A stretch of DNA of 64,000 nt from assembly GCF_009914755.1 (NCBI RefSeq), contig NC_060933.1; one strand, 5' to 3'. A program made the translations under genes and the position numbers. Positions 1 to 14,491 of this stretch are shown here, piece by piece. Source of the DNA: the human T2T-CHM13v2.0 reference genome, Homo sapiens. Position 1 is the first letter of the stretch; the number at the start of each line of letters is the position of its first letter. The notes below the pieces were generated by a model. The model was not told the DNA's origin and made no database searches. It was given only the letters and a program-made list of their open reading frames with translations.

Positions 1-234
1 ACTCATTTGCCTTTAGGAGTTTATAATTTCTTAAAATGAAATGCATAATGGAATAAAATCGAAGAAGAATGAATTTAGGACTTTTCATCTTTTAAAACCA
101 CACCTCCCACTAGTCACCTTAGGATTTGCTCTTCTCTAGAGATGTAGTGTGCACTCGGAATAGGTTTAAGTTCACTTTCCATAGTGAAAAAGTGATGCCA
201 TCACATAAGGCTGATGGGGAAAATGCCTTCACAC

Positions 235-522
235 TTTTTTTTTTTTGAGACAGGGTCTCACTCTGTTGCCCAGGTTGGAGTGCAGATCTCAGCTTACCAC
301 AGTCTTGGCCTGCTGGGCTCAAGGGATCCTCCCACCTCAGCCTCCTGAGTAGCTGGGATTACAGGCGTCTGCCACCATGCTTAGCTAATTTTTGTATTTT
401 TTGGTAGAGACAGGGTTTCACCATATTGCCTAGGCTGGTCTCAAACTCTTGGGTTCAAGCAATCCATCCATCTTGGCCTCCTGAAGTGCTGGGATTATGG
501 GCATGAGCCACCATGTCTGGCC
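235..522 (-). mobile_element. Alu (AluJ-like)
   Basis: polyT then GAGACAGGGTCTCACTCTGTTGCCCAGG ... GGGCTCAAGGGATCCTCCCACC; ends CTGGCC. Confidence 0.95.
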
Positions 523-835
523 CATAGTCTTACTATTATGGCTACTAATTTCCTCACAGAGTTATAGTGGGGATTAAACAAGAGGCTATAGAGAGAGACC
601 CTAGTACAACACTCACCCTTTAAAAAAATTTCCACCAAGTGCTACTTGCTTTTTCCTGTTATTTGTTTTCCAAATATACTCATAACAATATCTACAAACC
701 AATGAACAAGTAGCTTCAATAAACCAAAGGAAAAAATTATGGCACTAGGTTTTTAAAAACATGCATGTCATCAGTAAAAGCAAGGTGAAATAACAGACAT
801 GTTAAATAATTTTTATATGAATAATTCAGTATGAA

Positions 836-964
836 CCAGGCATGGTAGCACATGCCTATAATCTCAGCTACTCAGGAGGCTGAGGTGGGAGGGTTGTTTG
901 AACCCAGGAGTTTGAGACCTGCCTGGCCAATATAACGAGATCCCGTTTCAAAACAACAATAAAA
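836..964 (+). mobile_element. Alu monomer (FLAM)
   Basis: Single left-arm Alu with A-rich tail; TSD AAT(A/G)ATTCAGTATGAA on both sides. Confidence 0.85.
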
Positions 965-3001
965 TGATTCAGTATGAATTCGGCTTATCTTCTTGTTGGG
1001 CTACAGAAATGAGCAAAAGAGACAATTAGCTTAGAAAATACTGAATGTATGGACCATCTCATCCATCATCCAGTAGGCACTGACCAGGTTCTGGGCACTG
1101 TGTGATGCATGAACACATTTCTAGTTCTGAGGTAGGCCTGTTAGCTAACAATGCAAAAATGAACATAAACCCAAAAATACCAATACAAACGCCCAGATTA
1201 CACCAAAGCTCTGACACCTTGCCTAGTCCCATGTCTGTCCGCAGACAATTATCACTGGTGGTGACCTGAAGCATGGAGTTGTTAATATAAATCCAAAGTT
1301 TGTAAATTATTTACACATATGTATGTGTGTGTTTATATGTATGTATATGTGCCTGTGTATATATGTATATACATGTTATTGGTTGGGTGTAGATGTGTGT
1401 ATACACACACACAACCAATAGCACCTAGTAGAAATGAGGAAAGTTTTTGAGAAAAGAATGTCAATTCCTTTCTCTCAAGACAAGTATTTTTATTCCTTTG
1501 CAGTTTTTAGAAAATTCATTGCTTCTCAAACACCATTCTTCAAGTATTTAAGTTAATACCAATCAGATTGAAAGGGATTCCAATGTAGAAAAGTAAACAG
1601 GAACATGGGACCCACAAGGAGTGTTTGTGCACAGTGAACGTAAAGGCTTGGGGTCAAAAGTTTCAGGAAATGCTTCAGCCTCCAAGCTCCTGGCCACCCA
1701 AGAGGCACAGCCTGGGAGAATCATGTCAGCATCATTATCCTGAAGCCACTGGCCTCGTTAACATTATTAGGGCCTGCTGGCATCTGAACCCAGGGAACTG
1801 ATTCAGTTATAGATGAACTAGTCTGAAAACATCCTCAATGAAGCATCTGTCCCTTTTGGTTTTTTTTCTTTAGGTGCCTTTAAAATTAGTGAGAAAATAG
1901 TCAGGCTGCTGTGTTAACCTCACACGTCAGGAGCATAGTTACATTTCCACATACTTATTGTTTTTCCAGAAGTTCAGAGAAAGGCACATGTTCATTAGTG
2001 ATCTTGGAATCACTTCTCAGGCCTGGAGATAATAAACGATTCTGTCATACGCTCTAGGGACTTAGTTATTGCTCAAAACCTGGGTTTTCAATGGCAAAAA
2101 ACATGACACACAAATTAAAGAATCATTTCTGGCCAGCTCCCAATGTCATGCCATCCAAAAGGAGATTTGCTTGTCAAGAGTTTATGTTCTCTCGGTTCCA
2201 TTTGGTGGATATGGCAGGAGGCCAACCGTGCAAGTCAGTTCAAAGCAGTAAGGGAGGAGCTTCACTGTGTTCAGTCAAGACAAACGGGAGGTTGGCCTTT
2301 TGACCTGGGCGGCCAACCTCAGTGTGTGAGCAGGGAAAATGGGATGAGTGTGGAGTAGCCCTGATGTCCTTTTTACATAAAACCCTCTTGCTGACAGTAA
2401 CCCACACATGAGGGAGGCTAAGCAGTTAGGGAAAGTTCAGTTGGGGCGCTGAAAGATAGCTTCCAGGTGGGTTATACAACACAGAAGGTTGAGTTTTTTG
2501 TAGGTAACTTTAATAATTCAACTTTTTTTGAGAACATGTTATTACAACATGTTTTTAAATTGGTACTTTTGAAAGGTTTACATATATAGGTTTAAAAGGT
2601 AAATGTAAGCATACTTCTTTAAAGATGCAATTTGTGGTGTTTTCTCCAGGGAATAGAAGTGTTCAACAAAGAAAGAACGTTGGGATCAAGAGAATAATTC
2701 AACTTTTTATTCTAGATTATCAGTTTGATTTGGCTTACCAATTATGGAAATAAATTCTAAATAATTTTGCACTGATGTGCTTTTTCCATTATTGTGTTAG
2801 TATAGGAGGGGGATATTTGGGATAATATTCTTCATGGCTGTTCCCGTACAGAAATGAGTGATTGCTAATAAGCATCCTCAAGCCTGCACATGCCCATGAA
2901 TGCCCATCCTTCAGATGGCTCTCTAGGAGGCTGAGCTCACCTGTCAAAGTTGCTAGCATGGCTCACAGCACTGCTGGAATCCTTTCTGGGAATTCCCTTC
3001 A

Positions 3002-3323
<322 letters not shown>

Positions 3324-3646
3324 TCAATTGCCAACAGTTCACCTTTGTTCTCTAAGATGAGTTTGAATCTAAAAATCAGTCAATTATCAGTAGGTGTCAA
3401 ATCTTATTAAGAAAGCTAGTCATGAAGCAGGGTAATCAAATAGAAGTAGAAAAAACTGACTGCTCTTTCATCCATGACCTATAAGCTGGTTGAGAAGTTG
3501 GTTCCATGTGAGGAAGCTAGTATTTATGGTACCACATTTGGAAGGGAGGGTCTCCAGCAGGTATTTAGTAACTACCATTTCACTGTCAGAATTTGATGTG
3601 TACAACTCATTTAAAGAGTCTGATGCTCCATTTAAAGAACACTCCT

Positions 3647-3947
3647 GGCCCAATAGGGTGGCTCATACCTGTTGGGGAGGCTGAGGTGAGAGGAGCACTT
3701 GAGGCCAGGAGTTTGAGACCAGCTTGGGCAACACAGCGAGACCCTGTCTCTACAAAAATAAAAAAGAAAGTATCTGGGTATAGTGGCGTGTGCCTGTGGT
3801 CCCAACTACTTGGGAGGCTGAGGCAGGAGGATCACTTGAGTTCAGGAGTTAGAGGTTACAGTGAGCTATGATTGTGCCACTGCACTCCAGCCTGGGTGGC
3901 AGAAACCCTGTCTCCCTGTCTCTTAAGAAAAAAAATAATAAATAAAA
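3647..3947 (+). mobile_element. AluJ-like
   Basis: Dimeric Alu with small deletions; degenerate TSD GAACAC(T)CT. Confidence 0.9.
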
Positions 3948-4250
3948 GGAACACTTCTACCTTGCAGGAGAGCTGGGAAGCAATTTGGCAATGAAGACTT
4001 TAAATATCTCAAGAATACCATGAAACAGGGCCAGTTGCAGGTTGAGTCCTGTGTCTGGGCCCTAATTTCCTTGTGACTGGGCTCCTGGTGATCATGCAGT
4101 TGTCTTCTGGATGAAAGGAGCTGTCTGCGGAGAGATCTCAGTGGCCACCTGAAGATAAAGGGAAGAGAGTCTTCAGGGCCCCAACCCAACTTCAACCAGA
4201 GTACCTTTTCTTTCATTAATTTGATGGGCTTTTTCTTAATTAAAAAAAAC

Positions 4251-4549
4251 TTTTAATTGTTGTGAGCATATTTTGTGTGTGTGTGTGTGTATATATATAT
4301 GTATATATATACACATATATGTGTATATATACATATATATACGTATATATATACATATATACGTATATATACACATATATATGTATATATACATATGTGT
4401 ATATATACACATATATACGTGTATATATACGTATATATGTATATATACACATATATATGTATATATACACGTATATATGTGTATATATACACATATATAC
4501 GTATATATATATACATATATACGTATATATATATACATATATATATACA

Positions 4550-4580
<31 letters not shown>

Positions 4581-6337
4581 GGGGTACATGAGATGTTTGG
4601 ATACAGGCATGCAATGCATACTAATCACATGATGGAAAACGGAGATATTCATTCCCTCAAGCATTTATTCTTTGTGTTACAAACAATCTAATTGTACTTT
4701 GTTATTTTAAAATGTACAATTAAATTATTATTGACTACTGTCACCCTGTTTTGCTAGCAAATACTAGGTCTTATTCATTCTTTCTATCCCCTCCTACCCC
4801 CCAGCCTCCTACTGCCCTTCCCAGCCTCTCGTAACCATCCTTCTATTTTCTATCTCCATGAGTTCAATCATTTTGATTTTTAGATCCCACAGATAAGTGA
4901 GAAGATACGATATTTGTCTTTCTGTGCCTGACTTACGTTACTTAACATAATGACTTCCAGTTCCATCCATGTTGTTGCAAATGACAGGATCTCTTTCTTT
5001 TTTGTGTGTCTGAATAATACTCCATTGTGTATACGTACCACATTTTTTTTACCTGTTCATCTGTTGATGAACACTTAGGTTGCTTCCAGATCTTGGCTAT
5101 TGTGAACAGTGCTGCAAAAAACACAGGAATGCAGTTATCTCTTCAATATATTGATTTCCATTCGAGCATGTGCCCAGCAGTGGGATTACTGGATCATATG
5201 GTAGCTCTATTTTTAGTTTTTTGAGAAACCTCCAGATTGTTCTCCATAGTAGTTATACTAATTTACATTTCCACCAACAGTGTATGGGATTTCCTTTTCT
5301 CTACATTCTTGTCAGCATTTGTTGTTGCCTGACTTTTGGGTAAAAGCCATTTTAACTGGGGTGAGATGATATCTCATTGTAGTTTTGGTTTGCATTTCTC
5401 TGGTGATCAACGATGTTGAGGACCTGTTCATATGTCTGTTTGCCATGTGTATGTTTTCTTTAGAGAAATGTCTATTCAAATATTTTGCCTTTTTTTGATT
5501 GGATTGGTAAATTCTTTCCTTTAGAGTTGTTTGAGCTCCTATATATTTTGGTTATTGATCCCTTGTCAGAGTGGCAGTTTGCAGATATTTTCTCCCATTC
5601 TGTGAGTTGTCTCTTCACTTTGTTGATTGTTTCCTTTGCTGTGCAGAAGCTTTTTAACTTGATGTGTTCCCATTTGTCCATTTTTACTTTGGTTGCTTGC
5701 ACTTATGGGGTACTATTCAAGAAACCTTTGCCCAGACCAATGTCCTGGAGAGCTTCCCCAGTGTTTTCTTGTAACAGTTTCACAGTTTGAGACCTTAGAT
5801 CTAAGTCTTTAATCCATTTTAATTTGATTTTTGTATATGGCAAGAGATAGGGGTCTAGTTTCATTCTTCTGTATATGGATATCCAGTTTTCCTGGAGCCA
5901 TTTATTGAAGAGACTGACCTTTCTTCAATGTATGTTCTTGGCACCTTTGTTGAAAATGAGTTCACTGTAGGTGTGCGGATTTGTTTCTGGGTTCTCTATT
6001 CTGTTCCATTGGTCTGTGTGTCTGTTTTTATGCCAGTACCATGCTGTTTTGGTTACTACAGCTCTGTAGTATAATTTGAAGTCAGGTAATGTGATCCCTC
6101 CAGTTTTGTTCTTTTTGCTTAGGATAGCACTGGCTATTTTGGGTCTTTTGTGATTCCACATAAATTTTAAGATTTTTTTTTTCTGTTTCTGTGAAGAATG
6201 TCATTGTTATTTTAATAGGGATTGCATTTAATCTGTAGATAGCTTTGGATAATATGGACATTTTAACAATATTTATTCTTCCAATCCATGAAAATGAAAT
6301 ATCTTTTCATCTTTGCTGTCCTCTTCAATTTCTTTCA
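4251..6337 (-). mobile_element. L1MA1-3-like LINE-1 3' portion (ORF2 C-terminus + 3'UTR)
   Basis: Decayed ORF2 peptides ([44 protein letters not shown]); L1MA-type 3'UTR GGGGTACATGAGATG... Confidence 0.9.
4274..4580. repeat. Compound (TG)n-(TA/CA/CG)n-(CA)n microsatellite
   Basis: About 300 bp of uninterrupted purine/pyrimidine alternation. Confidence 0.98.
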
Positions 6338-6339
6338 GT

Positions 6340-6573
6340 CCCCTCACCTCATGGATTGAATCCCAGGCCACCACACAGGAGCCAAAGAGGCCAGGCTCCT
6401 CCCTCCTCCCTGTGGCTCTGCCCCATTCCCCCAGGGTTCACGTGGGCATGCTCAGACAAGGCCCTGGGCAGGTTCCCTCATCTGCACAAAAGCACCTGAT
6501 GTAAACACTTGTGGGGTAAGTCGGAAATTCTCTGAGGACCCCTTTTTATCTGCCTAGGCATTTGGCCTTCTCA
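6340..6573 (-). mobile_element. ERVL-class LTR 5' part (MER54/MER74/LTR53-like)
   Basis: GGCATGCTCAGACAAGGCCCTGGGCAGGTTCCCTCATCTGCACAAAAGCA..TGATGTAAACACTTGTGGGG motif; TG terminus on minus strand. Confidence 0.6.
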
Positions 6574-6790
6574 TTTGCATGATGTTAAACATTATCTTTG
6601 TCACCTAAATAAACTGCAAGTTCTGTTAATGTTGCTCAGTCAGTCACTATTCATGAGTAGTGACCTAGACCTATATGGCCTAAGTCTGTGCAACCAGAGC
6701 CTAAATGCTCCTAATAGTGCAGCCTTCAGCCTCTGTCACTTCCTCAGGGAGGCGATTGCAGAGCTGGATAGATCCCTTCGATTGGCTCTT

Positions 6791-8489
6791 TTTTTTTTTT
6801 TAATTGATCATTCTTGGGTGTTTCTCGCAGAGGGGTATTTGGCAGGGTCATAGGACAATAGTGGAGGGAATGTCAGCAGATAAACAAGTGAACAAAGGTC
6901 TCTGGTTTTCCTAGGCAGAGGACCCTGCGGCCTTCTGCAGTGTTTGTGTCCCTGGGTACTTGAGATTAGGGAGTGGTGATGACTCTTAACGAGCATGCTG
7001 CCTTCAAGCATCTGTTTAACAAAGCACATCTTGCACCGCCCTTAATCCATTTAACCCTGAGTGGACACAGCACATGTTTCAGAGGGCACAGGGTTGGGGG
7101 TAAGGTCACAGATCAACAGGATCACAAGGCAGAAGAATTTTTCTTAGTACAGAACAAAATGAAAAGTGTCCCATGTCTACCTCTTTCTACACAGACACGG
7201 CAACCATCCGATTTCTCAATCTTTTCCCCGCCTTTCCCCTCTTTCTATTCCACAAAACCGCCATTGTCATCATGGCCCGTTCTCAATGAGCTGTTGGGTA
7301 CACCTCCCAGACGGGGTGGTGGCCGGGCAGAGGGGCTCCTCACTTCCCAGTAGGGGCGGCCGGGCAGAGGCGCCCCTCACCTCCCGGACGAGGCGGCTGG
7401 CCGGGCAGGGGGCTGACCCCCCCACCTCCCTCCCGGACGGGGCGGCTGGCCAGGCAGAGAGGCTCCTCACTTCCCAGTAGGGGCAGCCGGGCAGAGGCGC
7501 CCCTCACCTCCCGGACGGGGCGGCTGGCCAGGCGGGGGGTTGACCCCCCCACCTCCCTCCCGGACGGGGCGGCTGGCCGGGCAGAGGGGCTCCTCACTTC
7601 CCAGTAGGGGTGGCCGGGCAGAGGCGCCCCTCACCTCCCGGACGGGGCGGCTGGCCGGGCGGGGGGCTGACCCCCCCACTTCCCTCCCGGACGGGGCGGC
7701 TGCCGGGCGGAGACGCTCCTCGCTTCCCAGACGGGGTGGCTGCCGGGCGGAGAGGCTCCTCACTTCTCAGACGGGGCGGCTGCCGGGCGGAGGGTCTCCT
7801 CGCTTCTCAGACGGGGCGGCCGGGCAGAGACGCTCCTCACCTCCCAGACGGGGTCGCGGCCGGGTAGAGGCGCTCCTCACATCCCAGACGGGGCGGCGGG
7901 GCAAAGGCGCTCCCCACATCTCAGACGATGGGCGGCCGGGCAGAGACGCTCCTCACTTCCTAGATGGGATGGCGGCCGGGAAGAGGCGCTCCTCACTTCC
8001 TAGATGGGATGGTGGCCGGGCAGAGGCTGCAATCTCGGCACTTTGGGAGGCCAAGGCAGGCGGGTGGGAGGTTGAGGTTGTAGCCAGCCGAGATCACGCC
8101 ACTGCGCTCCAGCCTGGGCACCATTGAGCACTGAGTGAACCAGACTCCGTCTGCAATCCCGGCACCTCGGGAGGCCGGGGCTGGCGGATCACTCGCTGTT
8201 AGGAGCTGGAGACCAGCCCGGCCAACACAGCGAAACCCCGTCTCCACCAAAAAAATACGAAAACCAGTCAGGCGTGGCGGCGCGCGCCTGCAATCACAGG
8301 CACTCGGCAGGCTGAGGCAGGAGAATCAGGCAGGGAGGTTGCAGTGAGCCGAGATGGCAGCAGTACAGTCCAGCTTTGGCTGGGCATCAGAGGGAGACCG
8401 TGGAAAGAGGGGACAGGGACAGGGACAGGGACAGGGAGAGGGAGAGGGCGAGGGAGAGGGAGAGGACTTCCCAACACTTCTAAAGACTC
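6791..8489 (-). mobile_element. Full-length SVA retrotransposon (hexamer 8406-8465, Alu-like ~8030-8400, VNTR ~7300-8030, SINE-R ~6802-7300, polyA) plus 24-nt 5' extension
   Basis: All canonical SVA domains; 13-bp TSD TCGATTGGCTCTT (6778-6790 / 8490-8502); minus-strand TT/AAGA L1-endonuclease site. Confidence 0.98.
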
Positions 8490-8739
8490 TCGATTGGCTC
8501 TTAACTAAGAGCTTTCCATTTTATCTCTCTCCTTTTTGTCTCTTCAAATGAATACATTTCACAAAGGTATAGAAAGTTACTGTGGGAGCATCACTCTTCT
8601 TGTAAATGAAGGCAGCCATCACTGAAACATTGTTTAGAGCCACTTTGAGAGCAAAATGATGACAAATTTTAATGACAACAAATGTCAGCCTCAACCAGAT
8701 ATAAGCTCAAGAAATAAGAATACTCATCATTATTCTTAT

Positions 8740-10060
<1,321 letters not shown>

Positions 10061-10866
10061 AATTCAATTCGGATTAATCTATTATAATCAAAGTAGTAAA
10101 AATGTAATAGTTGACTAATAAAAAGATCTCTATTTGCAATGCATTTAACCATCTCTCCTTTTCGAAAACCTACTAAGATCACATAAATGTATAGTTTTAC
10201 GTTTAAATCTTTACTAAAATGAACAAATAAATGAATGAGTAAATAAGTAAACAAGATCTACCTACAAGAACAAAGAGAACAAAAGAAAAGAAAATGCAGA
10301 TAAAAGACACCAACATTTTGGAAGATGTAAATTGGGTGGAGGATGTAGCTGACCTAACAGAGAAGATGAAATGAGCATCCAGTGCCTGCAGGGGGTGATA
10401 TTGATGAAGAGTGAGCACATTTGCCTTGAAGAATCGCTGAAAGCTCCAAATGGAAGACAGCAGGTACTCTGGCAGGTGGGGTTGAGTGTGAGCCTGAACA
10501 CAGCATGAAACCTGGGAAGTCTCTGTGAAGCAGCTGTGTTCCCTGGGTCCCTTTCTCCACCACCCCCTGCAGCAGGTGTCTGTATGTCTCCTGCCCTCTA
10601 GGATCCCAGAGATTTATTCTTGAGATGTTGAAATACAGAGGCTTTGCACATGAGGGCACTTAGACAAAGGAGCTACAGATATTGGTTGGGAGACCTCAAA
10701 GAAAATGCTGCCTTGTTTTGTTACAGTGAGGTGCACATACAGCACTTCTCATAAATCTTTTAGTGACTCCCTCAAACATAAATGACAGCAATAAAAACAT
10801 CAAACATTTGAGGAAAACCTCCAATGTGAACAAGAAAGATCCACCTCCCCCATCCTTCTACCAAAA

Positions 10867-10898
<32 letters not shown>

Positions 10899-10914
10899 AA
10901 GAAAGGGGAATGGG

Positions 10915-11135
10915 TAAATCTATAGAGAAAGAAAAATTAGTAGTTGCCTAGGGCTGAGGGGATAGGTGTTGGGGGACAATGACAGGTATGTGCTTTCTTT
11001 TTGGGATGCTGAAATTTTTCAGAAATTGATTGTGATGATGGTTGTCTAACTGAACATACTAAAACCCATTGAATTGTACACCTTAAATGGGTGATTTGCA
11101 TGTATGTGACTTATATCTCAACAAGAGTGTTATAC
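10915..11135 (+). mobile_element. L1MB-like 3' end
   Basis: GTTGCCTAGGGCTG ... ATACTAAAACCCATTGAATTGTACAC...TATATCTCAA 3'UTR motifs. Confidence 0.7.
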
Positions 11136-11199
11136 AAGAACAATAAAAGACAATTAAGGGAAATACAATGAAAATACTTAAGAGTATAAGAAAAATTGG

Positions 11200-12150
11200 A
11201 TTATATACAATTAAGAATGTCTTTTATGTCTTTTAATCAAAAGATGATTTGTGGAAAGACAAGTCAGAGCGCAGGAGAGGTGTTTGCTCTGTGATGTGTG
11301 ATGTGTGTGTGTGTGTGTGTGTATAAATACACACGTATATGACAAGCGACTCTATCCAGAATATGTAAAGAACTCAGTAGGAAAAAGGCAATGAGATAGA
11401 AAGATGGTCAAAACAGTTGAACAGGAAGTTCGATAAGTAAAGCGTTCAAATCAATAATAAAAATATGAAAATTTCTCAACTTTGTTAGCCGGGGAAACTG
11501 AAAATCAAGATCTCAGTGTAATACTACTACACACCTACCACATGGGCTCCAATGAAAGTGATAAACAGTACCACATGGTGGGGACATGGAGCTGGCACAA
11601 GTTTAAGTTGGTTTATCCACTCTGGAAAGCCTTCAGCAGAATCTCCTAAGGCTGAAATATACATATCTTCTGACCATGCTATTTCACTCCCAGGTGTATT
11701 AGTGTGTAAATATGTTTACTAAGAGGCATATACCTGTTTCATGGCAGCACTATTCATAATAGCCCAAATTGGAAACAACTCCAAAGTCCATCAACAATAG
11801 AAATTTCCATTTCATACAAAAGAATATTTAACCCTGAGAAGAAAAATATAGATCTATCTCTCAAATTATTTTGAGGGAAAGAAATGCAAAAGTGTATGAA
11901 CTGCATGATCCCATTGATATGAAATTTTTAAAAGTCAAAGCTTACCGATAGGTTTAGGAGGCAGGGTATTAGCTCCCCTTGGAGGGCACTGATGGGGACT
12001 GGGAGAGGTATGGGGCTGCTCTGGGGTGATGGTCTTGTCTCGTGATTAGGGTGCTGGTTCCATTGTGCATTTCATTTGAAAATTCACTGAGCTGTACACT
12101 CAGGATTTGTGTACTTTTTGTGTGTATATTATACCTTGACAAAATATGCA
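11200..12150 (+). mobile_element. L1ME-like 3' portion
   Basis: GCAGCACTATTCATAATAGCCCAAATTGGAAACAAC; TTGAAAATTCACTGAGCTGTACAC. Confidence 0.65.
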
Positions 12151-12269
12151 TTTACAAAACTGTACTTAGAAAGATAATAGAAAATACTTTGTTCATTCAG
12201 AAAAACAGGGTGCTATAAAGCAATAATAAGAAAAACTTATTGGAAACAGAAAGTGAAATAAACATTAAA

Positions 12270-13950
12270 GATATAAATTATTAACAAATTGATCAATTCC
12301 TATCAAAGCCCCAGCAAGATTATTTTTGATAGACATAAAAAAGTTTATTCTAAAATTTATATGGAAAGGCACAGACCTTAGAATGGCTAAAACACCCTTC
12401 AAAAAAGGTAAAATGAGAGGAATCACTGTAGCCAATATTAAGTCTTCCTCTATAGCCACAGCGATGAAGACAGTGTAGAACTGACAGATGAGTAGAAACA
12501 TTGCTCAATGGGACAGAACAGAGAACCCAGAAATAGGCCCATGCACACATGGCAAACTTATTTTTGATCAATGTACAAAAGCAATTCAATGAAGGAAGGG
12601 TAAACTTTCAAAAAAGATGCTGGAACTCCAGCCTGGGCAACACAGTAAAACCCTGTCTCTACAAAAAACACAAAAATTAGCTGGGTGTGGTGGTGTGTAT
12701 CTGTAGTCCCAGCTACTTGGGAGGCTGAGGCGGGAGGATTAAGTGAGCCTGGGGAAGTTTAGGCTGCCATGAGCCATGCTCCACTGCACTCCAGCCTGGG
12801 TGACAGGGCAAGACTTTGTCTCAAAAAAAGAAAAAAAAAAAGATACTAGAACAATTACTTAGCTATTGGCCAGAAAAGAGAGAACCTTGACTTAAACTTT
12901 ACATCTTATATAAAAATTAACTTAAAATGGATCTTGGATGCAAATGCAAACTATTAAAAAAACTTTTAGGAAAAAGCATAAAAAACCTTTGGGATCTAGG
13001 TCTTGGCAAAAAGTTCTTAGACTTGACACTGAAAGCATAATTCATATTAGGAAAAATTGCCAAATTGAACCTTACCAAAATAAAAAAAAACTTGCTTCGT
13101 GTAATATCTTGTTAGGAGGATGTACAGATCATCTACAGACTAGTAGAAAATATTTGCCAACTATATAGTGTCTGGATCATTCTACTATCTATAATATAAT
13201 ATAATATATAAAGAACTCTCAAAAGTCAACAGTAAAAAAACATTCAAATTACAAAATGGGTAACAGACACTTAATAATAAACACTTTATTGAAGAGAATA
13301 TATGGATGGCAAATAAGCACAAGAAAATGTTAAACATCACTAGTCACTAGGGGAATATAAATACAAATTAATAGCACAGTGAGATATCACTAGACACTTA
13401 TCAGAATGGCTAAGATAAATAATAATGACAAGAAAGATCAACTGCTAGCGGAGAAATTGCATCATTTGTACATTACTGCGAGAACATGAAATGATACAGT
13501 GACTTTGGCAACCAGCTTGGCAGCTTCTTATAAAATGATACATAAAATTACCACATGACCCAGCACTTTTGGGGATTTATCTCAGAGAAATGATAACATG
13601 GTGTTGCGGGTTGCCAGTCAGTAGTTATAAAAGGGCAAAATGAGAGATTCTTGTGGTTATGGAAAAGTTCAGTATCTCAACTGTGATGGTGGATACAGGA
13701 ATGTATGCATGTGATAAAATTGCACAGAAATAAACATATGTGCATGCACACAAATGAGTACTAGTAACTGGGGTGATCTGAATATGATCATGGAGTGTAT
13801 CTGTGTTAATCCCATAGTTACGATATTGTACTATAGTTATGCAAGATGTTGCCACTGGGGGAAGCTGGGCAAAGAGCACACAAGACCTCTCTGTATCATT
13901 TCTCACCACAGCTCCTACATCTAAAATAATCTGAAAAAAAATTTAGTTGA
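12270..13950 (+). mobile_element. L1MC/MD-like ORF2 end + 3'UTR, interrupted by an Alu
   Basis: ORF2-like ATTCCTATCAAAGCCCCAGCAAG...; 3'UTR GCAAGATGTTGCCACTGGGGGAAGCTGGG. Confidence 0.75.
12626..12841 (+). mobile_element. 5'-truncated AluJ-like
   Basis: Partial left arm + right arm + polyA; TSD AAAAAAGAT(G/A)CT(G/A)GA. Confidence 0.9.
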
Positions 13951-13979
13951 AGAAACTTATGTCTTCTTGACAGAAGATT

Positions 13980-14450
13980 GGCCAGGGTGGAAAGGAGACT
14001 GAGTAAATGGTAAGATAGGCCAGAAACAATGATCTAGAGTGCAGTGTGGAAGAGAAAGGAGAAGTGAAGGAAATAATAGATTCATCTTACTGGCCAGTTA
14101 GGGTCCCAGTGGAGAGGAGTGGGAAATTGGGGCAGAAGAAATATTTGAAGAGCTGATGCCTGAGAATATTCCCAAACTGATGAAACACACCAGTCTTTCC
14201 CAACAAATCCCAGGTGATAGTTATACAAAAAGACGTCCACACCCAGGCACAATATAACAGAACTGAAGTCTCCTAAAAGTGCTCAGGGCCAAGGCAGAAC
14301 ACTTGCAGAGGAGCAGTGCTTCTACCAACAGCTAACTTCTCTGTGTCAACCACTAAAGCTCAGAGACAATGTGAGGACATGACATGAAAATAACACTATG
14401 CATCTTTGTTAAGAAACTGCATCCATCCAAAAAGCATGATGATGAACTGT
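13980..14450 (+). mobile_element. Old L1M ORF1-region fragment
   Basis: GGGGCAGAAGAAATATTTGAAGAG...GAGAATATTCCCAAACTGATGAAA. Confidence 0.55.
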
Positions 14451-14491
14451 GAGAACATCTTAAAATACAATAGCAAAAGTGTGTATTAGAC

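Noticed and set aside
4236-4691. 100-140 aa Y/I/V/C/H-rich ORFs
   Set aside because: Translations of a dinucleotide microsatellite on both strands.
6973-8551. GC-rich ORFs up to 195 aa and CpG-island-like composition
   Set aside because: Entirely SVA VNTR, Alu-like and SINE-R sequence.
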